64,000 nucleotides of DNA, from positions 5,166-69,165 of the forward strand of contig CAYGFY010000015.1 of the NCBI GenBank assembly GCA_964349365.1, written 5' to 3'. Positions 29,778 to 38,292 of this stretch are shown here, in pieces. Source of the stretch: an uncultured Bacteroidales bacterium. Lineage in GTDB: Bacteria; Bacteroidota; Bacteroidia; Bacteroidales; UBA7960. Position numbers and translations under genes: made by a program. Each line of letters opens with the position of its first letter. Position 1 is the first letter of the stretch. The notes under the pieces were generated by a model that was given only the letters and a program-made list of their open reading frames with translations, was not told the DNA's origin and ran no database searches.

Positions 29778-30377
29778 TTACCCCTCTAGTGCCCGCATGT
29801 ACCTGTGGTTAACCAACTCCAAAAAAAACTCATCCGAGGGGCTGTTTCCGTAGCCAAAGGAATCTTTGTAATGGCCTTGGGCCAAAATCTTTTGCAGGAC
29901 TTCACGTTTCTTCTTACCGTGAATGTTCTTGCCGTCAATTTTTCCGGTAACCTTACCGCCCTTAACCTCGAATTTGGTACCTATAAGTTCAACTCCCAAC
30001 GACTTGCACCACTTGTCGAGCCATATTTCTGATGAGGCGGTGAGAATTACCACTTTGTGCCCCATCTGCTTGTGCCATTCAATTTTTGCCAAAGCATTAG
30101 GGTAGCAAATTCTTGGTATCACTTCCGTTGAAAACTTGCTGCCAAGTTCGGATATTTCCCTAAAATCCGCGCCTCCAAAAAACAACTTGAAAACCAATTC
30201 TTTAAGTTTGTAGTTGGGAAAAATTTTTAGCTGGTATAGTGTCACCATTGGCATAATAAGCAGAAATCCAAATCTATACTTCCACTTTCCCTTTGCAAAC
30301 TCGATGAATTCCAAAAAAGTATCGCGGCTGGTTATGGTACCGTCCATGTCAAAAATCGCTATTGCCGTTTGGCTCAT
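29778..30377 (-). CDS. HAD-IB family phosphatase
   Basis: DxDxT motif AIFDMDGTIT, motif II ILTASS and motif IV YGNSPSDE. ATG 30377 is preferred; it forms an ATGA overlap with the upstream stop. Confidence 0.75.
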   Translation of the reverse strand: MSQTAIAIFDMDGTITSRDTFLEFIEFAKGKWKYRFGFLLIMPMVTLYQLKIFPNYKLKELVFKLFFGGADFREISELGSKFSTEVIPRICYPNALAKIEWHKQMGHKVVILTASSEIWLDKWCKSLGVELIGTKFEVKGGKVTGKIDGKNIHGKKKREVLQKILAQGHYKDSFGYGNSPSDEFFLELVNHRYMRALEG

Positions 30378-31114
30378 ATACTCAACCTCTTGAAAATAAA
30401 CTCCGGGATTAGCCTGAGAATAAACATTATGAACCTCCAATGGGCAAGGGTGTAAACTGTACTCTTCTTACCTTTGTACGCTTTCCAAACCGCCTTGGCA
30501 ACTTGTTCTGATGTTGCGGTGATAATTGAAGGAGTGTCGAGGTCTTCAATCATTTTAGTCCTGACGTAGCCTGGCTTTATCGTGCCAACGTACACCCCCG
30601 ATTTAAAAAGATAGTTTCGCAAGCCATCAACATAAGCTGAAAAGGCCGCCTTTGCCGATCCGTAAATCAGGTTGCCGGCGCGTCCGCGCTCGCCAGCCAC
30701 CGATGATATTCCGATGATGCTTCCGCTTTTGCGCTCTTTCATCTTTTGAGCCACCAGGTTAAGCACCGAAACGTGTCCCGTGAAATTGCTTACTATTATC
30801 TTGTGGCTCTCGGAAAAGTCAGAAATTGATTTTTTATTGTCGCCCAAGTACCCGAACACGCTAATTACCACATCGGGAAAAGGTTGCAAGCCATCGCAAA
30901 AGCCTTGATGTGTGTCGTATTTAGAGCCGTCAAACTCCAATGGCAAAGCTTTTATGTTGTGGCGTGTTTCAAGATCGGCAGCCAACCTTTCTTGGTATCC
31001 TTTTGGGTTGCGGCTGGCTAGCAATAAATCGAAGCCCTCACTGGCAAAACGGTAGGCTATGGCCTGCCCTATTTCAGAATTTGAGCCAAGAATCAAGCAA
31101 ATTTTCCTATTCAT
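30374..31114 (-). CDS. DprE2-like short-chain dehydrogenase (polyprenyl-P-2-keto-pentose reductase candidate)
   Basis: ILGSNSEIGQAIA, SSVAGERGRAGNLIYGSAKAA, and a C-terminal amphipathic tail RLIPEFIFKRLSI. From memory these match M. tuberculosis Rv3791 ([34 protein letters not shown]). ATG 31114 is preferred. Confidence 0.75.
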   Translation of the reverse strand: MNRKICLILGSNSEIGQAIAYRFASEGFDLLLASRNPKGYQERLAADLETRHNIKALPLEFDGSKYDTHQGFCDGLQPFPDVVISVFGYLGDNKKSISDFSESHKIIVSNFTGHVSVLNLVAQKMKERKSGSIIGISSVAGERGRAGNLIYGSAKAAFSAYVDGLRNYLFKSGVYVGTIKPGYVRTKMIEDLDTPSIITATSEQVAKAVWKAYKGKKSTVYTLAHWRFIMFILRLIPEFIFKRLSI

Positions 31115-32777
31115 AGTTAATCTCCTTTGCAAAATATATTTCGGCGGGTAAAGTACTCGTGAATTCCCTTGAGGCAAAAACCTCCAACACCTCTCCTGTT
31201 TCTAGCCTCTCGATCAAAAAGTAGCCGTACTTTTCTTGAAACTTCGGGTCGAGGTGAATGTTTTGGAATGCAACCTCCGCCAGCCTTTTGAAATCAGGCC
31301 TGATTTTCAATTCCCCGTCGTGGTGAAAACCACCTCCAAGCCAAAAAATATCGGGTTTTTGCATGAAAAATACTTCCTTGTTGAAAGAGGCATGATTCTT
31401 CAAATTCTTATCGTTGATAACTTTGGCGGCGTGGGCCATTTGGGTGTTGCTCAAGCCCAACATGTCGATTGTAATACCATCGTAACTAAAGGCTGTTCCG
31501 CCTGCAATCAATACTCCTTGACGGGGGAGTTGCGGAAGATGTGCAAAAAACTTGTTCAACCTTTCCGATTGTTGCCTACCCTCTGCTGAAATTATCCATT
31601 CGTGCCTTACCGGCGATTTGCGGAAAAAGTAAATATCGCGCAGGTTGTAGGTTGACGAGAAAAAGGCAAAAACCGCAAATCCGATAATCAGTGGCTTGGT
31701 CAACTTTATTTTTTCAAAAATGCCCACGTAAAGCGGCATTAGCAAAAACAGCGGCACGGTGGGTTGAATGAACCTGGCAAACCCAAAGTGGTCACCCCCT
31801 GTAACCAACGGTACGAACATTGTTAAATCAAAAATTGCAAAAATTAAGAGTGCGCCAAACTCCACTTTGAAAAGTTCCATGAAGCCAAGCTCGCTCTTAA
31901 GGGATTTCTTCGTGAAGAAAATGAAGCAAACCAAAATTCCCAAAGAGATAAGGGGGTATTGAATCAGGTAATTCTTTATGTAAATCAGTCCTGCCACAAT
32001 ATTTCCACCCACGCTTGATGATATCTTTGCGTAAAATGTGTTTGGAAGCGGGTAGCCGAAGTACTGCAAACGCCAAAGAGTAAGCAAAGCCAATACACCT
32101 GCAAATCCCAAAATCATGGCAGAGGTTGATAGAAGGGTTTTTCGGGCTTTTTCCAAAATGAAAAATTCCTTTATTCCGCTAAATACCAAGAAAAATGGTA
32201 CCCAGGCCATTGCTTCAGGGCGGCAAAGAAGTAAAAAAAATGAGAGTCCGGCAAGTTTTAAGTAGTATTTCAAGTTGCCATGGGTGGACTTTCGCTCGAG
32301 CACGTGCAGCGAAGTTAGTATTAGCAACGAGCTCCACAATCCGGTTTCCATCAGCGAAAAAACAGCCCAGTCGAAGTAGCCCGGAAGGGCCACAAGAAGC
32401 GCAAGAAATAGTAGGGAGTAATTTGAGATCCTCCTTTCGGAAAAATGGTTATCGATGTGCAAAACAACCCTAAACAGGGTATAACTAACCACCAATATAT
32501 TGAAAATCAGCAGCCATAATTCCGGAAATCTCGAAAACATAAAAAAAACCGCGCCTATCAAAGTCCACAGCAGCGAAGTAAAACCCTCCACCCGTTCGCA
32601 ACCTGCATTATACACAAACCCATGGCCCTCCGAGAGGTTCTTCATGTATACCATGTAGATGTTGGCATCGTCAACGCCAATAATGGCTTGGCCGTTTATT
32701 ATCCATGAAATGCAGGTTGCCACTAAAACAACTGCCAAAACCAACAAATACTTTTTACTTGCCGTGCTTTCATTCAT
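31107..32777 (-). CDS. Large polytopic membrane protein, GT-C glycosyltransferase candidate with C-terminal soluble domain
   Basis: The DD motif follows directly after TM1 (GVDDANIYMVYMKNLSEGHGFVYNAGCERVEGFTSLLW). There are at least 10 hydrophobic segments and a ~150 aa hydrophilic C-terminus. Confidence 0.55.
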   Translation of the reverse strand: MNESTASKKYLLVLAVVLVATCISWIINGQAIIGVDDANIYMVYMKNLSEGHGFVYNAGCERVEGFTSLLWTLIGAVFFMFSRFPELWLLIFNILVVSYTLFRVVLHIDNHFSERRISNYSLLFLALLVALPGYFDWAVFSLMETGLWSSLLILTSLHVLERKSTHGNLKYYLKLAGLSFFLLLCRPEAMAWVPFFLVFSGIKEFFILEKARKTLLSTSAMILGFAGVLALLTLWRLQYFGYPLPNTFYAKISSSVGGNIVAGLIYIKNYLIQYPLISLGILVCFIFFTKKSLKSELGFMELFKVEFGALLIFAIFDLTMFVPLVTGGDHFGFARFIQPTVPLFLLMPLYVGIFEKIKLTKPLIIGFAVFAFFSSTYNLRDIYFFRKSPVRHEWIISAEGRQQSERLNKFFAHLPQLPRQGVLIAGGTAFSYDGITIDMLGLSNTQMAHAAKVINDKNLKNHASFNKEVFFMQKPDIFWLGGGFHHDGELKIRPDFKRLAEVAFQNIHLDPKFQEKYGYFLIERLETGEVLEVFASREFTSTLPAEIYFAKEINYE

Positions 32778-32780
32778 TGC

Positions 32781-34013
32781 TTACAAATAGTTACCGGTTT
32801 GTTTTGCCATCGAATTTTTCAAAGATTCAATTGATGCCAACCTCGTTTTCGAAAGCCAAATATACAAAAAGATAGTCAAAAGTACGCCAATGTTGAGCAT
32901 GAGGTAAGGTAAGTAAGTACCCGACGAGTGTTCGGGAACTAGCTTGGCGAGGTATGTTTCGGTGTTTTCTAGACCAAAAAGTAATCCGCCGAAAATCATG
33001 TTTGCAAAAAACATTAGGTTGAGAAACGCCAGAAACTTGATTTTGCTGTTATGCCCCTCGACTTGCACCAAGATTTTGGAAAACAAAATTGCCAACATTG
33101 GTAGTAGGGGTAAAAACAGTCTTGCCTTATCATGGCCGCCAAACAGCAGGTAAATGCACAGAAAAAAGTAAACAATCCATTCGGGATTGCTTTTTATCCA
33201 ATCGGCACAAAAGCGCCAATCGAGTAATGCAATTATCATTAAAACACCAGTTCCTGAAAAGGCCGCTTGCAACAAAACCAATAAGGCATCAATATTTTTG
33301 AAAAAGGAAATTACCTGCCATCCCGGCATGAATAATAGCAAAGGGTTGGTTTGAATGTTTAGCACCTCACGCAAAACAAGCACTGTAATTGTGGTGAAAC
33401 CAAAGAAAAGTAATGGTTTTTTCAAATTTTGCAGTGAGATTTCCCGTAAGGTAACATTCTTGAAAAATAAATAATAGGCCGAAAAAACGATTAGCAGTGG
33501 CAGTGACTCCTTTGCCAGAGATGATATTACTATTGTTGGAACCAGCAAGAGGGTTTGCCTTTTTAGCGTGAGCAAAATTATAAGGCAGGTGAAAACCATT
33601 GTTGCCGAGTCAATGTAAAAAGGCGAAAAAATCGAAAACTGGATTGTCCAGAATACCGTGGCGTAAATCAGTAGCGTAAAGAATATTATCGGTTTATTGT
33701 CAGTGTAATGCCTTAGAATAAAGAATAACAGTAGCAACACGAGCAAGTTCGATACTTGGTTTACTATCAAGAAGCCCGCGAGCCCATCAACAAGTAATTT
33801 GGAAACAACGTAAGGTATTAAAACCCTTTGATTCCACGGCGACAGTTCTTTGATAGTTGTTTCTGCTAACCCCGGAATGCCTTCCACCCCGCTCATTGCA
33901 GCGTAATATCGGCCGTCGCTATCGAAACCATCGTGAATTGTGGTAGTTGGTGTGATTGACAACAACAAAATTGCTGCAATTGCTAGTGCTGCTATGTTGG
34001 CTGTTGCCCGCAC
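32781..34013 (-). CDS. Polytopic membrane protein (possible second GT-C transferase or polymerase)
   Basis: 410 aa. An acidic stretch HDGFDSDGRYYAAM follows TM1 and the rest is hydrophobic. Confidence 0.45.
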   Translation of the reverse strand: MRATANIAALAIAAILLLSITPTTTIHDGFDSDGRYYAAMSGVEGIPGLAETTIKELSPWNQRVLIPYVVSKLLVDGLAGFLIVNQVSNLLVLLLLFFILRHYTDNKPIIFFTLLIYATVFWTIQFSIFSPFYIDSATMVFTCLIILLTLKRQTLLLVPTIVISSLAKESLPLLIVFSAYYLFFKNVTLREISLQNLKKPLLFFGFTTITVLVLREVLNIQTNPLLLFMPGWQVISFFKNIDALLVLLQAAFSGTGVLMIIALLDWRFCADWIKSNPEWIVYFFLCIYLLFGGHDKARLFLPLLPMLAILFSKILVQVEGHNSKIKFLAFLNLMFFANMIFGGLLFGLENTETYLAKLVPEHSSGTYLPYLMLNIGVLLTIFLYIWLSKTRLASIESLKNSMAKQTGNYL

Positions 34014-34018
34014 CTGGT

Positions 34019-35320
34019 CTATCGAATAAGGCGTTGTGCCTGTTGTGATAAAAACTTGCCAGTTTGAATCGAATTCTTGCCGTAGGTTTTGCCAAAAGTG
34101 AGTGCCGACATCCTCGCATCTTTGGTAAGGTTCAGGCGGCCCCCGTGGTCAATCACTAATTGGTCCAGTTCATCAAGAAGTTTGAAAACTTCTTTGGTAA
34201 TTTTGAAGTCGAGTGCAAGGGTGTAGCCGGGCATGGGAAACGAAAGTGGCGAGCAAAGTTTTTCTGATTCGCCGAGGGTTTTGAGCACCGCCAAAAACGA
34301 ACCAAATCCCGAATCGGTGATTTTCTTCATAATCTTTTCCAACCCAACCTTGCCCTTGTCGAAAGGCAAAACGAACTGGTATTGGGTAAATCCTCGCTTG
34401 CCGTAAATTCGATTCCAATTTCCAATGGCATCAAGAGGATAGAAGAACGGGGCATAATGCACCAACCCGTAACTTTCGGTTTTAAGTTGCTTGTGGTAGT
34501 ATAGCATGTTGAATGCCTTTATACTCCACTTGTTTAGCACGAATGACGGAAAAACGAAAGGAACGTTCAGTAGCTTGGTGGAGTGGGGCAGGAGTGGCTT
34601 TTTGTTTTTGGGTATGTCGTTGCCGCAAGCGTGTTCGCCAAGCAACAGTATCGAACGACCCATCAAACTTCCTCTCGCAATACAGTCAATCCAAGCAACC
34701 GAATAGGTTGTATCCTGGTTTTCTTCCAACAACGAAATGACACGGGAAAGATTTTTGACCTTTACCGATTTTTGTTTAATGTATGATGTTTCGATGGGTC
34801 TTAGCCTAATTGTTACGGTGGTAATAATACCCGTTAAGCCCATCCCGCCAATGGTATTTGCAAAAAGATATTGATTGTTTTTGTGGCTGCATTTAGTAGT
34901 GGTACCATCTGCAAGTATTATTTCAATTTCATCGACAAAAGAGCCAAATCCGGCATCTTTGTGGTGATTCTTGCCGTGTACGTTTGCTGCCACCGCACCG
35001 CCAAGTGTAATCAAACGGGTGCCGGGGGTAACAAACAAAAAAAACCCCTTCGGGACTATTACTTGCAGTAAATCATCTAACAATACTCCTGATTCTGCCT
35101 TGATAATGCCATTTTCGGTATCAAAAAAAATTATTTTGTTAAGTTGTAAGGTCGAAAAAATGGTAGGAGCAAGAGAGCTGTCGCCATAGCTCCGACCGTT
35201 GCCCCGGGCTATAATTCTGTCTGCCAAAGCAATCAGGCTTGCCACTTTGGCAATGTCGCGATTTTCGAAAACCGCAGCATCCAAGCAAGGGTATTTACCC
35301 CAATTGCAAACCCTAACCAT
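34019..35320 (-). CDS. DprE1-like FAD-dependent polyprenyl-phospho-ribose 2'-oxidase
   Basis: By eye it is collinear with M. tuberculosis DprE1: ARGNGRSYGD, PGTRLITLGGAVAANVHGKNHH, GGMGLTGII, FFYPLDAIGNWNRIYGKRGFTQYQFVLP, LSFPMPGYTLALDF and GGRLNLTKDAR. Confidence 0.8.
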   Translation of the reverse strand: MVRVCNWGKYPCLDAAVFENRDIAKVASLIALADRIIARGNGRSYGDSSLAPTIFSTLQLNKIIFFDTENGIIKAESGVLLDDLLQVIVPKGFFLFVTPGTRLITLGGAVAANVHGKNHHKDAGFGSFVDEIEIILADGTTTKCSHKNNQYLFANTIGGMGLTGIITTVTIRLRPIETSYIKQKSVKVKNLSRVISLLEENQDTTYSVAWIDCIARGSLMGRSILLLGEHACGNDIPKNKKPLLPHSTKLLNVPFVFPSFVLNKWSIKAFNMLYYHKQLKTESYGLVHYAPFFYPLDAIGNWNRIYGKRGFTQYQFVLPFDKGKVGLEKIMKKITDSGFGSFLAVLKTLGESEKLCSPLSFPMPGYTLALDFKITKEVFKLLDELDQLVIDHGGRLNLTKDARMSALTFGKTYGKNSIQTGKFLSQQAQRLIR

Positions 35321-36179
35321 ATAATATTAGTCCAAATGTTATTGCCCACAAAAAAACCACCACTTGCAAGAACCTATCTTTAAGCAAGGTACTTACAGGG
35401 TCGCCAGCTTTTTGGTCAACCACCGAAATTTGCAAGTAGCGCATTATTCCCAAAAAAACGAAAAGTGAAGTTATGTACAACTTATCGGAGCCAATCCTTG
35501 CTATCACGTCTTCCGAAACCGAATAAATAAGGTAAACAACCATTGTAAGAGTGAGCGAAATGGTCTTTGCCATGTCAATAAAGCCCAGTGTATAGCCTTG
35601 CTGTGCGTGCCTGAATTGCTCGCCACTGCTTTCAACTAAGTCGCTGCGGCGTTTTGCAAAAATTATTGAAATTCCCAGCAAGAACACCATGATCAAAATC
35701 CAGTGGGTTACAAAAACATCTGCCACCAGTCCTCCGGCCAATACCCTTATCACAAATCCGATGGCAATGCAGGCGGCATCTACAATAGATATTTTTTTTA
35801 GAAAAAATGTATAGGCCAGGTTTAATAAAAAGTACCCGGCAACCAAAAGTCCAGCAAACCCAATCAATATGCTAAGGCAGATTGCCAGGGTCAAGGAAAC
35901 CGCACCAATTAAAAGAGCAGTTGTTTTAGCAATTTTGCCACTTGCAAGCGGGCGTTTTGATTTTTCTGGATGTTTGCGGTCAAAAGGCAGGTCAACCAAA
36001 TCGTTGATAATGTAAACGGTTGAGCTGGCAAGGCAAAACGCAACAAAAAGAATCAAAAGATTCAACATTTCGCCATCGGAAAAAATCTGAAAAATCTGGC
36101 CTGCAAAAAAAACTGGCAAGAAAACTGCAAGGTTCTTAATCCAGTGCGATGCTCTAATTTGTCGTAAAAGTCCAGTCAT
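35313..36179 (-). CDS. UbiA-family prenyltransferase, decaprenyl-phosphate phosphoribosyltransferase (Rv3806c)-like
   Basis: N-terminal LLRQIRASHWIKNLAVFLP and Asp-rich motif IINDLVDLPFDRKHPEKSKRPLASG. It has 8-9 TM segments and overlaps the DprE1-like gene by 8 bp. Confidence 0.75.
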   Translation of the reverse strand: MTGLLRQIRASHWIKNLAVFLPVFFAGQIFQIFSDGEMLNLLILFVAFCLASSTVYIINDLVDLPFDRKHPEKSKRPLASGKIAKTTALLIGAVSLTLAICLSILIGFAGLLVAGYFLLNLAYTFFLKKISIVDAACIAIGFVIRVLAGGLVADVFVTHWILIMVFLLGISIIFAKRRSDLVESSGEQFRHAQQGYTLGFIDMAKTISLTLTMVVYLIYSVSEDVIARIGSDKLYITSLFVFLGIMRYLQISVVDQKAGDPVSTLLKDRFLQVVVFLWAITFGLILYG

Positions 36180-36272
36180 TTTGTTTTTTTTTGCCCGGGC
36201 ATTGTATGAAATTTGAAAGGGTAAAGTTAGTGGTTTTTTGAAAAAATGAGTTGTTGCTAATTTAAAAAATAT

Positions 36273-36280
36273 TACCTTTG
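36273..36280 (+). promoter_or_regulatory. -7 promoter box TACCTTTG for tRNA-Pro
   Basis: The box matches TAnnTTTG and ends 11 nt before the first tRNA base. Confidence 0.55.
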
Positions 36281-36291
36281 CAACTCGAAAT

Positions 36292-36365
36292 CGGGGTGTG
36301 GCGCAGTTGGCTAGCGCACTTGCATGGGGTGCAAGGGGTCGGAAGTTCGAGTCTTCTCACCCCGA
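36292..36365 (+). tRNA. tRNA-Pro (anticodon GGG)
   Basis: Hand-folded cloverleaf: acceptor CGGGGTG/CACCCCG, D arm GCGC-AGTTGGCTA-GCGC, anticodon arm CTTGC-ATGGGGT-GCAAG, T arm GGAAG-TTCGAGT-CTTCT. 74 nt with no encoded CCA. Confidence 0.9.
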
Positions 36366-36371
36366 CGTTAT

Positions 36372-36402
36372 AAAAAAAAGACGCTTAAGGGCGTCTTTTT
36401 CA
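36372..36402. terminator. Bidirectional terminator hairpin
   Basis: Stem AAGACGC / GCGTCTT flanked by an A-run and a T-run, between the tRNA-Pro 3' end and the convergent sigma-factor stop. Confidence 0.65.
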
Positions 36403-36405
36403 GTT

Positions 36406-36993
36406 TTAGCGTGTCAGTATCACGTTTTTTTCGTCGATAATTTTCCTTAAGTTTATCAAGGCATATCGCATGCGTCCCAAGGCGGTGTTAATGCTTACGT
36501 CAGTAAGCGCTGCTATCTCCTTGAAGCTCATATCGTGGTAGTGGCGCAGTTTTAGTACCTCCTTCTGCTCTTCTGACAGGTACTCAATAAGTTTGCGCAC
36601 GTCGTTGTGAATTTGATTGGTTATGATCCTATCTTCAACATTTAGGTCATACACCTTGAGCGTTGCCATGAGGTCGTACTCTTCTGAATTTTCGGCAATT
36701 GGCAGGCGTTTCATCTTGCGGAAATGGTCAATAATGAGGTTGTGGGCAATGCGGGTTACCCAGGGCAAGAACTTGCCTTCCTCGTTGTATGCACCCGAGT
36801 GGAGGGTGTTTATGACCTTGATGAAAGTATCCTGAAAGAAATCCTCGGCAAGCTGCTTGTCGCGCACCAGATGGATAATGTAAGAATATAACTTGCGTTG
36901 ATGACGATTAACTAATTCTTCGAGGGAAGAAACGTCTCCAGACATGTATAGACGGATTAGCTCCTGATCTGATAAAACACAGTTCTTTTCCAT
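36406..36993 (-). CDS. ECF-type RNA polymerase sigma-70 family factor
   Basis: Region 2 is LAEDFFQDTFIKV..WVTRIAHNLIIDHFR and the region 4 HTH is MSFKEIAALTDVSINTALGRMRYAL. Confidence 0.85.
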   Translation of the reverse strand: MEKNCVLSDQELIRLYMSGDVSSLEELVNRHQRKLYSYIIHLVRDKQLAEDFFQDTFIKVINTLHSGAYNEEGKFLPWVTRIAHNLIIDHFRKMKRLPIAENSEEYDLMATLKVYDLNVEDRIITNQIHNDVRKLIEYLSEEQKEVLKLRHYHDMSFKEIAALTDVSINTALGRMRYALINLRKIIDEKNVILTR

Positions 36994-37321
36994 AGATAAC
37001 CTTCGTTTTTATTTGCAAAACGTATAATTTCTATCGATACCGTGTCCTTCCTTTTTGGTTAGTAATTGGTTTCAGTAGCTTGCTTGATGGTGCAAATATA
37101 GTGCTTTTTTCAAAAAACCGTAAAATATTGTTTGTTTTTTTTGATTTTAGAGAATTTAACAAACGATATAAGCATTTTTCTTGTTGTTCATGCTTTCTTT
37201 TAACTGATTATCAATTGCAAAATCGGATTAAATCAAGTTTTTGCCAATTTTAAACGAAATAGCATAATCAATTCCTTTCTTTATTACTTTTATACGCTAA
37301 AAACTCTATATAGTTTCAAAA

Positions 37322-37546
37322 ATGGAAAAAAGACTTACCCGAAGCCGTAGGCGTAAGATTGCAGGCGTGTGCGGCGGCTTAGCCGATTTTTTTGGTTTGG
37401 ACCCCTCATTGGTCCGGTTATTTTTCGTTTTCATTGCATTATTTGCAGGGGGAGGGGTGCTGCTATACATCGGGTTGTGGATAATTGTCCCCAAGGAACG
37501 CGATCGGGCATATTTTGAAGATTGTCAAAGGAATTTTCGCCATTAA
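37322..37546 (+). CDS. PspC domain-containing membrane protein
   Basis: RLTRSRRRKIAGVCGGLADFFGLDPSLVRLFFV. Confidence 0.8.
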   Translation: MEKRLTRSRRRKIAGVCGGLADFFGLDPSLVRLFFVFIALFAGGGVLLYIGLWIIVPKERDRAYFEDCQRNFRH

Positions 37547-38026
37547 ATGGTAGAAGTTTTATTGATTGTTTTGGGCATTGTAATGCTCTTGCTTGGAACT
37601 ATTGGTGCCTTTTTGCCCGTGTTGCCCGGACCTCCATTTTCCTTTTTGGGAGTGCTTGTAATTAGCTTCCTGGCAAGTGTAGAGATCACTGGTGATGAAC
37701 TTATGATTTTTGCAGCTATTGCCTTGATTGTTACGCTGCTAGATTATTGGCTTCCAATATACGGTGCCAAACGAATTGGTGGAAGCAAGCGTGGTGTGTG
37801 GGGTGCGGCAATAGGACTTGGTGTCGGTATTTTCCTTTTCCCCCCGGTGGGGATGGTAGTTTGCCCGTTCGTGGGTGCCCTCCTGGGGGAGGTTTCAGCA
37901 GGACGGCCACCAAATGTAGCAATAAAAGCGGCTCTTGGCAGTATTCTTGGATTGCTCTCGGGGATTCTGGTTAAGCTCCTTTATTCGGTCGCCGCAATAA
38001 TCTTTGTAATAGTAAAGTTTTTTTGA
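37547..38026 (+). CDS. DUF456-like small membrane protein
   Basis: 159 aa with four hydrophobic, glycine-rich helices. Its start abuts the PspC stop. Confidence 0.55.
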   Translation: MVEVLLIVLGIVMLLLGTIGAFLPVLPGPPFSFLGVLVISFLASVEITGDELMIFAAIALIVTLLDYWLPIYGAKRIGGSKRGVWGAAIGLGVGIFLFPPVGMVVCPFVGALLGEVSAGRPPNVAIKAALGSILGLLSGILVKLLYSVAAIIFVIVKFF

Positions 38027-38292
38027 ACAAAAGCCAAGTCTTTAATTAGTCGATTTCTTTTATAAACCACCAGGGAGTTTCAAAGCCTGAAATTCCTGAT
38101 TGAGATTGTGGGTCAACCCCGCAATGACCGAAAAGGCCCTAATCGGCTCCACTCTCTTACATCTCATACTTGCAGGTTTGATTTGAAGACCCTATTTCAG
38201 GAAAAATTTAACGAATTTTATTGAAAGCCATTTTTGTAAAAAATCAAAATAAAAATCGTTTCTTTGTTCTTCAAAACACAAAATCAAAAATA

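Noticed and set aside
38105-38125. Hairpin ATTGTGGG-TCAAC-CCCGCAAT in the spacer before the membrane-protein gene
   Set aside because: It is an 8-bp stem with one G-U pair but no flanking U-tract, and it resembles no RNA family I know. There is too little to call a feature.
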